NCBI GenBank assembly: GCA_963749495.1
Contig: CAVVMW010000001.1
Coordinates: forward strand, 352,001-416,000
Direction: 5' to 3'
Length of the DNA stretch: 64,000 nt
From: an uncultured bacterium
GTDB taxonomy: Bacteria > Verrucomicrobiota > Verrucomicrobiia > Limisphaerales > UBA8199
Below are positions 56,119 to 64,000 of the stretch, one piece after another (positions within the stretch are counted from its first letter, which is position 1; each line of letters opens with the position of its first letter). The notes beneath the pieces were generated by a model. That model saw only the letters and a program-made list of their open reading frames with translations. It was not told the DNA's origin and did no database searches. Both the position numbers and the translations under genes were made by a program.

Positions 56119-56801
56119 TCATCGAAGACGAACTCCCGATGCGCACCGCGCTTGAGGACGTGCTGGGCGGGGAAGGCTACCGGGTGTTGACGGCGTCCGA
56201 CGGCCAGAGCGGTTTGCAGCGGGCGCTCCAGGAGAAACCCGGCCTGATCCTGCTGGACATCATGATGCCCAAGCTGGATGGCTATGCTTTGTGCGCGGAG
56301 TTGCGCAAGCTCTCGAACCCGGTGCCAGTCCTCATGCTCACGGCCAAGGGCCAGGTCGAGGACCGCGTCGTCGGGCTGGATGCCGGCGCGGATGATTACC
56401 TGGTCAAGCCGTTCAGCACCGATGAGTTGCTGGCGCGAGTGCGCGCCCTGCTCCGGCGCATGCGCCGCCAAACCCGCGCCCCGGCCCTGCTCAAACTGGG
56501 CAGCGTCCAAATCAACCTCGCCCGCCAAACCGCCTTCCGCGCGGGCAAACCCCTCCACTTGACCGCCAAGGAATTCGCCATGCTCCGGTTGATGGCCCAG
56601 ACGCCCGGCGAACCGGTCTCGCGCGAGCGATTCCTGGACGCCGTCTGGGGCTACACCGCCTTTCCCACCACTCGGACCGTGGACAACCACCTGGCCAGCC
56701 TCCGCGCCAAGCTCGAACCCGACCCCGATTCACCACGCTGGCTGCTCACCGTCCATGGGATCGGCTACAAGCTGGCGGAGGGCCTTGGGGCGCATTCGTG
56801 A
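56103..56801 (+). CDS. OmpR-family response regulator
   Basis: ILIIEDE, LLDIMMPKLDG, LTAKG, GADDYLVKPF, wHTH RTVDNHLASLRAKLE..TVHGIGY. Confidence 0.96.
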   Translation: MERILIIEDELPMRTALEDVLGGEGYRVLTASDGQSGLQRALQEKPGLILLDIMMPKLDGYALCAELRKLSNPVPVLMLTAKGQVEDRVVGLDAGADDYLVKPFSTDELLARVRALLRRMRRQTRAPALLKLGSVQINLARQTAFRAGKPLHLTAKEFAMLRLMAQTPGEPVSRERFLDAVWGYTAFPTTRTVDNHLASLRAKLEPDPDSPRWLLTVHGIGYKLAEGLGAHS

Positions 56802-57661
56802 GTCCTTGGCAAATCAGTTCTGAAGGACTGCCCGGATTATGAACTCGACAACTGACCGTAGAGCGTTTTCAAGAAGCGAGAATCATGACGGGCAAAGGGC
56901 TGGCCAGGGGCCGCAGATACTCCGGTTGGCCGTGACCTTTGCTTTGACGCTGGACACCGTCCGTCTGACCAACTCGCCGCAACTTTACTTCGATGTCACC
57001 GCCTTCCGGCAGCCCCCCCGGCTCTATCGCCTGCTGCTGCCGTGACGCCCTGCCTGAACTCACTGCGGGCTGCCAGGGCTGCTCAGCAACCGGTCAATGA
57101 AGGCGGAGACAGAGTCCCCAGCAGACCCCTCACCCCAACCCTCTCCCCGTCCGACGGGGAGAGGGAGAGGCGTCGGCAGTCTCTTGAACTTCCAGGCGTC
57201 TCTGGTTCCTCGATCCGCTCTGGCTCCTCGATCCGCTGCGGAGAATCCGCCCTCTCCCCATCCGACTCGCCGCGCTGCCGCGCCGTCGCAGCGGGTGGGG
57301 AGAGGGCTGGGGTGAGGGGTCTGTCCGCGGTGCGGCTCCCGCCTTCACTGAGGCCTTAGGCTGCTCAACCTGCTCCCTTTCATACTGGAATCCGGCTAAA
57401 CCACTATGGCGAAACCGCCGATATGCTGTTGAGGCGTCACACACCGCCTCAAAGCAGCTCGGCCCACGACCGTGGTCACCGAGCGTGAGGGGAGGTCAGA
57501 GAATTTACCGTGTGATTCCTGACCTCCTCTGGTTGCTCCCAGGACCACTAGAGTCCTTGAATTTCAAAACATGGTGCAGACAGGTCAAGTTTGTGGCACG
57601 GGCATCCTGCCCGTGGCTGCTTGGGCAGGATGCCCAAGCCACGGTCTGAGGCCCCGCCTCG

Positions 57662-57889
57662 TTAGACTGAGAGCCTGCCGCCCCCAATTCGGGCTTGGCA
57701 AATCCACCAATTTCCGAGCAGGAATGTTGTTCGAGCAGTCCAAAACTCTCCGGCCTTCTTGAAGCGAACCGACGGATGCGACGCGTCTCGCAGCCAGAGC
57801 CTGAAGTTCTTTCTCGCAAGCCGGCGGATCTCCGGAGGCAGGCCCTTGAGCCGGTCACGAAAGCTCTGGGTCGTCGAGGACCTGATCAA
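57662..57889 (-). pseudogene. RelE/ParE-like toxin, apparently truncated after ~57731
   Basis: RSSTTQSFRDRLKGLPPEIRRLARKNFRLWLRDASHPSVRFKKAGEFWTAR, then the usual C-terminal strands are missing; start overlaps the antitoxin end. Confidence 0.65.
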
Positions 57890-58085
57890 GCGGCACCTCC
57901 GCCAACCCCTGGTGCTCGGACCGGAGGCGCTCGTACGCCTTCCGCAGTCTCCCGCTCCGAGCATCTTCTTCGATCTCCCGATCCCACTCGTCCGCATGGC
58001 GCTCCCGCAGGTGCCGCACCAGCTCGAAAAACTGCTCCCTCGGCAATCGCGCTATCGCCTGCTCGATCTCTTCGATGTTCGTCAC
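57855..58085 (-). CDS. Putative type II antitoxin
   Basis: 76 aa, acidic: IEEIEQAIARLP...DEWDREIEEDARSGRL; overlaps the toxin gene. Confidence 0.72.
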   Translation of the reverse strand: MTNIEEIEQAIARLPREQFFELVRHLRERHADEWDREIEEDARSGRLRKAYERLRSEHQGLAEVPLDQVLDDPELS

Positions 58086-58127
58086 CCATACAATCTAGCT
58101 CAAACGGCGCCGCCCTTTCAAGCGGTC

Positions 58128-58225
58128 CTTTCAACGGGGCCGCGCCCGCATGGGCGCGGAATTCAGCGGAACGCCAAGCTGGCAAAATACCCACAACCAG
58201 CTTCAATGGAGCCGCGTCGGCGGAG
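58128..58225 (-). CRISPR. One-spacer CRISPR-like mini-array (degenerate repeat, ~37-nt spacer, full type I-G repeat)
   Basis: Minus strand: ctCCGCcgacGCGGctccATTGAAGC - TGGTTGTGGGTATTTTGCCAGCTTGGCGTTCCGCTGA - attCCGCGCCCatgcGGGCGCGGccccGTTGAAAG. Confidence 0.85.
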
Positions 58226-58276
58226 GAGGTTCGCATCCTGAGCACTAGCCTAAAGGAACTTTTTTTCATTCTGTGC

Positions 58277-58309
58277 TTGCAGGATAAGCGTAGTGTGGTA
58301 GTCTGGCAA
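58277..58309. promoter_or_regulatory. Overlapping divergent sigma70-like promoters for the cas operon (+) and the mini-array/TA unit (-)
   Basis: +: TTGCAG(58277)-N16-TAGTCT(58299) with extended TG; -: TTGCCA(58309)-N17-TATCCT(58286). Confidence 0.55.
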
Positions 58310-58347
58310 TAGAAAAGATGCAAAAGACCCAGAACCAAAATGATGAT

Positions 58348-59634
58348 ATGAATAATCTAACGCTCAAAGAGCTGGAGAATGCCGTGAAAGGCCCCGCTGC
58401 TGCGTTTCGCTGTCGTCGCCGGCTGCAGCCGGGCGGCGGCGCGGGCGACAAGGTATTCCCCCCGACGTATGCCGGGGCAATGTACGCAGAAGAAAAGCGC
58501 CGTGTCCCGGGGCGCGATGAGCCGGTTCCTTGCGTGCTGCTCAACAGCGTCCAGAGCCAGGCGAATCGCATGGAGCAGGCGCTGCAAGAGGCGCTGGATG
58601 AGGGTGAGATCAGCATCCCGAGCGTCGCTGTGGACTTCACTAAGTTTGGGCCCGAGGCGAAACTGGACCCGAAAGATGAACCGTTGCGGCTACTGGACGC
58701 TATTGGCCGGATTACTGCTCTACAGGCCCCGCATCGGTTGGCAGATGCGATCCTGCGAGACGGTGAGATGGAGGAAACTGTGGCTGGGGAGAAGACCAGA
58801 GTGCCATTCCGCAACTCCCAGCTCCGAAGGAAGATTGCTGCCGCGAATTTGGCCAATGCCACTCCGATCTACGAGGTTTGCCCGACGGCATTGGTCTTCG
58901 GCATGTGGGATAGCACCGGACCGAAAGGCGGGTTGGGTGCGAAGTTCGAGCGAGCGATCGTGTCGGAGACAGTGGGCATCGGGGCGCAAGTTGGAGATCT
59001 GCTCCGGGGCGTCCGGCGGGATCCACTCGAAGCGAGCCGGGAGGTTCCCATTCTCAAAGATGAGGATGGTTCATGGCATGTTGCCGACGACCCGAAGACG
59101 AAGGGAGTGATCCGGCCCGCGAAGATCAACCACGGCAGCGTTCCGTTTCCCGAGGTCAGGGACAAGAAGACCGAGGACAACCATAACGCTGGCGTCACCA
59201 TCAACTACGCCCAACAAGTCACCACGCTTTCCTTGATTGCATTGCGCCGGCTTCGCTTTCCGGCCAGCAAATCCCAGCCCGACCAGGCCAGTGCTAACGC
59301 TGCCGGGCAGACCGTGCTTGCCGCGCTCGGCCTGTGCGCGGCCACACTTGCCTTCGAATCCGGCATGGGGCTGCGTTCGCGCTGCCTGCTCTGGCCCGAA
59401 GGCCCGATGGAATGGGAACTCCTCGCCAAACCCGGCGAAACGCCGCAGCGCGCCATGCTCGACTCCGCAGGCGCGCGCAAGCTGCTTGCGGACGCGGTAG
59501 CCAGCGCAGAGCGAGCGGGCCTCAAATGGCGTTCTGAACCGCTGACGCTTCAGCCTTCCAAGGAACTGCTGAAGCTCGTGCGTTTGAGCCAGCAACAGGC
59601 CGTCAAAGCTGGCGGCGATGAAGGGGCCGAATGA
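58348..59634 (+). CDS. csb1: Type I-G (I-U) CRISPR Cas7-like backbone protein Csb1
   Basis: LQPGGGAGDKVFPPTY, LNSVQSQANRMEQAL, APHRLADAILRD, PTALVFGMWDS, LRSRC; alternative start 58318. Confidence 0.93.
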   Translation: MNNLTLKELENAVKGPAAAFRCRRRLQPGGGAGDKVFPPTYAGAMYAEEKRRVPGRDEPVPCVLLNSVQSQANRMEQALQEALDEGEISIPSVAVDFTKFGPEAKLDPKDEPLRLLDAIGRITALQAPHRLADAILRDGEMEETVAGEKTRVPFRNSQLRRKIAAANLANATPIYEVCPTALVFGMWDSTGPKGGLGAKFERAIVSETVGIGAQVGDLLRGVRRDPLEASREVPILKDEDGSWHVADDPKTKGVIRPAKINHGSVPFPEVRDKKTEDNHNAGVTINYAQQVTTLSLIALRRLRFPASKSQPDQASANAAGQTVLAALGLCAATLAFESGMGLRSRCLLWPEGPMEWELLAKPGETPQRAMLDSAGARKLLADAVASAERAGLKWRSEPLTLQPSKELLKLVRLSQQQAVKAGGDEGAE

Positions 59635-59635
59635 C

Positions 59636-61195
59636 ATGCTCACCCTCGGCATTCGCTACCTGACTGGCAGCGTCGCCGCCAGCAACGTGGCTGACCGTCA
59701 ACACACGGAATGGCCGCCGCATCCGGGCCGCGTCTTCATAGCCCTCGCCGCTGCGCATTTCTCGACGGGCGATGACCCGGGAGAACGCGCCGCGCTTGAA
59801 TGGCTCGAAACCCAGCCCGCACCGGAGATTGCCGCGTGCGATGCCATCGAACGCCCGGTTGTCACGCATTACGTGCCTGTCAACGACAAGGCCGGCCCGT
59901 CGAAAGCGCCGCTCCAGTCCGCGAACGGCGTCACTCGCACACGTCAGCCGCGCACCTTCGCTCGCGCTTGGCTGGCCGATGACACCGTCTTCCTCGTCTG
60001 GCCCGATGCCGCGCCGGATAAGCGGCAGTATGACGCGCTCGTCGAACTCGCCGGCAAAGTCACCCGCATCGGCCACAGCATTTCGCTCGTCCAGATGTGG
60101 GCCACGCACGAGCCGCCCTGCGCAAAAACGAATTGGCTCCCGGACGAAGCGCGAGCGACGGAGCGACTGCGCGTGCCCGGAGAAGGCTCGTTGCGCTACC
60201 TGGAGCGCCAATTCAATCGAGAAAGCGTGGACGAATTCTTCGCACTTAGGGCCTCGGCCGAGAATCTCACTGACAAGACGGTGCAACGCGCCGCGAAGAC
60301 TGCCCTAAAGGAGAAGTTCCAGAACCAGCCCCCGGCTCGTCTCCGCCCCGAACTCTCCCTTTCGCACGGTTACGCACGGCGCGCTGAGGTAGCCAAGCCA
60401 GCCGCCCCCGGAACCGTGTTCGATCCGCGCCTGCTCATCTTTCCATTGCGCCGACTGGACGGCCCTTACAGCCAACTTGACTTGGTCGCGACGCTGCAAC
60501 TCACCGATGGCCTCCGCCACGCCGTGCTTGCGCAGCTCGGCGATAACGCGCCAGAAATACTCACCGGCCACCGAGGCAATGTCCGCGCTGAACGCCCGCA
60601 TGTTGCGTTCCTGCCGCTGCCCTTTGTCGGCCACGCGCACGCTCACGGAGGCATCCTTGGCGTTGCCCTCGCGTTGCCGCGCGATCTCACCGCACCTGAC
60701 CGCCATCGCCTGCTGGAAGCCCTCGCCGGTATCCGCAAGGAAGGGCTCAAGCTCGGACGGCTCGGGTGCTGGGAACTCGCGCCAGTCAACGCCGGCAGCC
60801 CGGCCTACGGTTTGCGTGACCGCACCTGGACGGCTGCGCCTGCGGGTGCGCGGCAATGGGCCACCGTCACCCCCTACGTCTTCGACCGCCACGCCAAGGC
60901 AAAGGACAAGGCCGCGTATCAGGAAGAAGTCGCCTCCGCGCTGGCCGATTCCTGCGCGCGCGTTGGCCTGCCAGGCCCGAGAGAAGTCATCGTCACCCCC
61001 GTGTCCGCGCATCTCGGTGCGCCGACGGCGCACAGCTTCCCACGCCTGCCGCGCAAGGATGGCAGCCTTTGCCGCCACACTCACGCGATTCTGGTCTTCG
61101 CGGAACCAGTCGTTGGCCCGGTCTTGCTAGGCGCCGGCCGCTATCGTGGCTATGGGCTGTGCCGCCCAGTCGAACCAAAGGAACCGGCGCAATGA
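59636..61195 (+). CDS. csb2: Type I-G CRISPR protein Csb2 (Cas5/Cas6 fusion)
   Basis: EWPPHPGRVFIAL, ALEWLE, HYVPVND, WATVTP, G-loop GPVLLGAGRYRGYGLC. Confidence 0.93.
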   Translation: MLTLGIRYLTGSVAASNVADRQHTEWPPHPGRVFIALAAAHFSTGDDPGERAALEWLETQPAPEIAACDAIERPVVTHYVPVNDKAGPSKAPLQSANGVTRTRQPRTFARAWLADDTVFLVWPDAAPDKRQYDALVELAGKVTRIGHSISLVQMWATHEPPCAKTNWLPDEARATERLRVPGEGSLRYLERQFNRESVDEFFALRASAENLTDKTVQRAAKTALKEKFQNQPPARLRPELSLSHGYARRAEVAKPAAPGTVFDPRLLIFPLRRLDGPYSQLDLVATLQLTDGLRHAVLAQLGDNAPEILTGHRGNVRAERPHVAFLPLPFVGHAHAHGGILGVALALPRDLTAPDRHRLLEALAGIRKEGLKLGRLGCWELAPVNAGSPAYGLRDRTWTAAPAGARQWATVTPYVFDRHAKAKDKAAYQEEVASALADSCARVGLPGPREVIVTPVSAHLGAPTAHSFPRLPRKDGSLCRHTHAILVFAEPVVGPVLLGAGRYRGYGLCRPVEPKEPAQ

Positions 61196-61215
61196 CGCTC
61201 TAATCTATCTCACCC

Positions 61216-64000
61216 ATGAACGCTCCCAATTTCGCCACCATGTTCGCGGCTCTTTGGAAATCTCCGAGGTGGGAGAGCCCAACGCCATTCCCTTGGCAAT
61301 CCATGCTCGCCGAACGTGCCCTGAACGGCGACTGGCCCGAAGCCATCAACCTCCCCACCGCCAGCGGCAAGACGGCCTGTCTTGATGCGGCTATCTTCGC
61401 GCTCGCTAACAGTGATCCATCGGTCAGTGTGGAGCGGCGCATGCCTCGCAGAATCTGGTTCGTTGTGGACCGGCGGATTGTTGTGGACGAGGCATTCGTC
61501 CGCGCTGGGCAACTCGCTGACAAGCTCCGAAACGCCAAAACCGGCCCGCTTAAGGAAATCGCCGACCGGCTTCGTGCCCTCAGTCGCACGGGGCACCCGC
61601 TCGCAGTTGCCCGTCTGCGGGGCGGCACTTGGCGCGACGACTCTTGGGCCCGTTTGCCCAGCCAGCCGGCCATCATCTGCTCCACGGTGGACCAGGTAGG
61701 CTCCGCGCTGCTCTTTCGGAGCTACGGTCACAGCGACCGCACGGCCAGCATTTGGGCCGGCCTCGCCGCCAATGACAGCCTCATTCTGCTGGATGAAGCA
61801 CATTGTGCCGTCCCATTCCTCCAAACCCTCCGCGCCATTGCCCGTTTCCGTGACGAACGCTGGGCGAGCGCGCCCATTAAGACACCGTTCCGGTTTTCCA
61901 TCCTCTCCGCCACGCCGCCCGCCGACATTCCAGAGGAAGCGAGCTTTCCTCGGCCTGCCCAACGCACCGCCGCACTGAATCATCCAGTGCTTCAAATGCG
62001 TCTCGCTGCCCAAAAGCTCGCCACGCTTCGTTTAGTGAAAGCAAAAGGGGACACCGATGAACTCATCGCCGCCGCTTCCGAGCAGGCCAGCAAATTCCTG
62101 GGAAACGGCCGCCAGCGCGTTGCCGTGATGGTAAACCGCGTGGCGACGGCGGAAGCCATCGCCGGCCGAGCTCATAAAGATGTCGGAGACCGGGCCGAGG
62201 TCATGCTCCTTACGGGCCGAATGCGTGCGCTCGAGCGGGAAGCCTTGGTGGCCAAGTGGTCCCCAGTGCTCAAAGCTGGTTCCGGCGACCAGCCGGCCAA
62301 ACCCATCATCCTCGTCACCACCCAATGCCTCGAAGTCGGAGCCGACTTCAGCTTCGACGCGTTGGTGACTGAAAGCGCGAGTCTGGACGCCCTCCGCCAG
62401 CGCTTTGGCCGGCTGGATCGCCTGGGTGCGTTGAAGGACACTCGTGCCACTATCCTCATTCGCGAAGCCGACGCCAAAGGCCAGGAGCCAGACCCCATCT
62501 ACGGTGAAGCCCTCGCCAAGACGTGGCATTGGCTCAACGAGAACGCCACACCTGGAGCGGAGAAAGACGCGAAGGAAATCAACTTCGGCGTCAATGCCCT
62601 CGACCCGCTGGTGAACCCACTCCGCGCGAGCGATGAACAGCCATGCAAAGCTCTGCTTGCGCCCACCGCCGACGCGCCCATTCTGCTTCCGGCGCATTTG
62701 GATCTCCTGTGCCAGACCGCTCCGCGTCCCCTGCCGGAGCCGGACGTCTCCCTCTTCCTTCACGGCAAGGAGCGCGGCGCACCCGAAGTTCGCGTCCTCT
62801 GGCGGGCCGATATGCCTGAAGCCGTTGCCACCGAGCCAACCCGGGAAGACGAGGAGACTTGGCTTGAAACGCTGTCACTCCTGCCGCCGACAAGTCCCGA
62901 GATGCTCAGCGTACCGCTGTATCGCTTGCGGCACTGGCTTACCGAGGACCACGCTGGCAAATCCGGCGACGCGGACGTCGAAGGCCTGCCCGAAGAATGG
63001 GCCCCGGAGAATGGCAAGAAACCACGCCATTCAGCCCGCTCTGCGTTCTGCCTCTGGCGAGGGCGGGACCGCTCCGGCGAGCGTCGTTCCGTGGTCACCA
63101 GGGACGTGCGCGCCATCCAACCCGGCAACGTCGTGGTCCTCCCAGCCGAGCTCGGCATCGTCGGTCTCGGGCAAGCCAGTCCGGACAATCTCGGTCTTGG
63201 CCCTAAGCAACTCGACTTGGCCGAACGCGCTTTGCGCCAGGCCTGGGGCCGCGTGGTGCTCCGCCTGAACCGCAAACTGCTCGGTGAGTTCGGCAAGCAA
63301 CGAGCCCTCGCTGCGCTGGTCGCCCTTGCCGACTCCTCAGAACCAGAACAAAGCGAACTCAAGGAAGCGCTCCTCAATCTCGTGACCGCCTCTGCCGCGC
63401 CGGAGAGCGCAGATAGTCCGACGGTGTCTCCTTTATCCTGGTTCGTTAAGCACGCGCGGCTGCTCGCCGACGACGGCTTTCAGACAGAAGAGCACCCCGC
63501 TGGCGGACTCATCCTCACCGGCAAGAAACTTCGCCCTTTGCGGGATGTCGAAACCGAGGATGACCCGCTGGCCGACGACGAAGACGCGACCTCATCAAGC
63601 AACAAGCGTGTCACCCTCCGTCACCACTCGGCCTGCGTGCAGGCACTGGCCCATGACTTCGCCGCCCGGTGCCTCGGACCCGACTTCGCCGAACTGTACG
63701 GCGCGGTCGGTTACAGCCACGACTTCGGCAAACTTGATCCACGCTTCCAGTTGTTTCTCAACAACGGCGATGAACTCGCCGCCGCGGCGGAGCCTGTTGC
63801 CAAGTCCGCCCGCGTGCCCGAAGGCCGCCAACGCCGTCGCGATTTGCGGGAGGATGGTCAGTTGCCCGAAGGCTTCCGTCATGAGTTCCTTTCGGCCCAA
63901 CTTGCCGAACATGCCGGCCTTGGTCCGGCCGAAGCGGACGCGCGCGATTTGTTCCTTCACCTCCTGAGCAGTCATCATGGCCACGCCCGTCCGTTCGCAC
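61216..64000 (+). CDS. cas3: Type I-G Cas3 helicase with C-terminal HD nuclease (runs off the window end)
   Basis: PFPWQ, LPTASGKT, VVDRRIVVD, STVDQVGS, LDEAH, SATP, TQCLEVGAD, QRFGRLDR, then HDFGK, FRHE, SHHG. Confidence 0.95.
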   Translation, partial: MNAPNFATMFAALWKSPRWESPTPFPWQSMLAERALNGDWPEAINLPTASGKTACLDAAIFALANSDPSVSVERRMPRRIWFVVDRRIVVDEAFVRAGQLADKLRNAKTGPLKEIADRLRALSRTGHPLAVARLRGGTWRDDSWARLPSQPAIICSTVDQVGSALLFRSYGHSDRTASIWAGLAANDSLILLDEAHCAVPFLQTLRAIARFRDERWASAPIKTPFRFSILSATPPADIPEEASFPRPAQRTAALNHPVLQMRLAAQKLATLRLVKAKGDTDELIAAASEQASKFLGNGRQRVAVMVNRVATAEAIAGRAHKDVGDRAEVMLLTGRMRALEREALVAKWSPVLKAGSGDQPAKPIILVTTQCLEVGADFSFDALVTESASLDALRQRFGRLDRLGALKDTRATILIREADAKGQEPDPIYGEALAKTWHWLNENATPGAEKDAKEINFGVNALDPLVNPLRASDEQPCKALLAPTADAPILLPAHLDLLCQTAPRPLPEPDVSLFLHGKERGAPEVRVLWRADMPEAVATEPTREDEETWLETLSLLPPTSPEMLSVPLYRLRHWLTEDHAGKSGDADVEGLPEEWAPENGKKPRHSARSAFCLWRGRDRSGERRSVVTRDVRAIQPGNVVVLPAELGIVGLGQASPDNLGLGPKQLDLAERALRQAWGRVVLRLNRKLLGEFGKQRALAALVALADSSEPEQSELKEALLNLVTASAAPESADSPTVSPLSWFVKHARLLADDGFQTEEHPAGGLILTGKKLRPLRDVETEDDPLADDEDATSSSNKRVTLRHHSACVQALAHDFAARCLGPDFAELYGAVGYSHDFGKLDPRFQLFLNNGDELAAAAEPVAKSARVPEGRQRRRDLREDGQLPEGFRHEFLSAQLAEHAGLGPAEADARDLFLHLLSSHHGHARPFA

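Noticed and set aside
57886..58338. 150-aa ORF or CreT-like RNA toxin across the mini-array
   Set aside because: No ribosome-binding site or rare-codon minigene seen; it overlaps the repeats and the antitoxin

Overview
GC-rich bacterial chromosomal window, most likely from a subdivision-3 Verrucomicrobiota (Pedosphaerales/Limisphaerales-like); this is inferred from gene style, GloVer repeats, 'RFYRxxxP'-type C-terminal domains and heptamer repeats. Housekeeping genes (ftsK, nfeD-SPFH pair, MoxR-DUF58-transglutaminase operon, dapL, aroQ-accB-accC, dprA, tRNA-Phe, a two-component pair, several CAZymes) alternate with accessory islets. These are a tandem-ATPase/HEAT-repeat pair, a protease/NDT-like/VRR-NUC cluster between dprA and SLOG gene fragments, a pilin-like/LamG pair between permuted halves of one gene, and a nuclease islet in tRNA-Phe. 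The window ends in a type I-G (I-U) cas operon (csb1, csb2, partial cas3). The main finding is a divergently oriented one-spacer CRISPR-like unit just upstream of csb1. Its guide matches the cas operon's own leader at 16/18 nt, with mismatches only at positions 6 and 12 and a TTT PAM, which suggests RNA-guided autorepression, and a type II toxin-antitoxin pair lies downstream of it. Intergenic DNA is dense with REP-like palindromes and 7-bp microsatellites, some inserted in-frame into genes. About eleven small frameshifts in otherwise intact genes are probably assembly indels.
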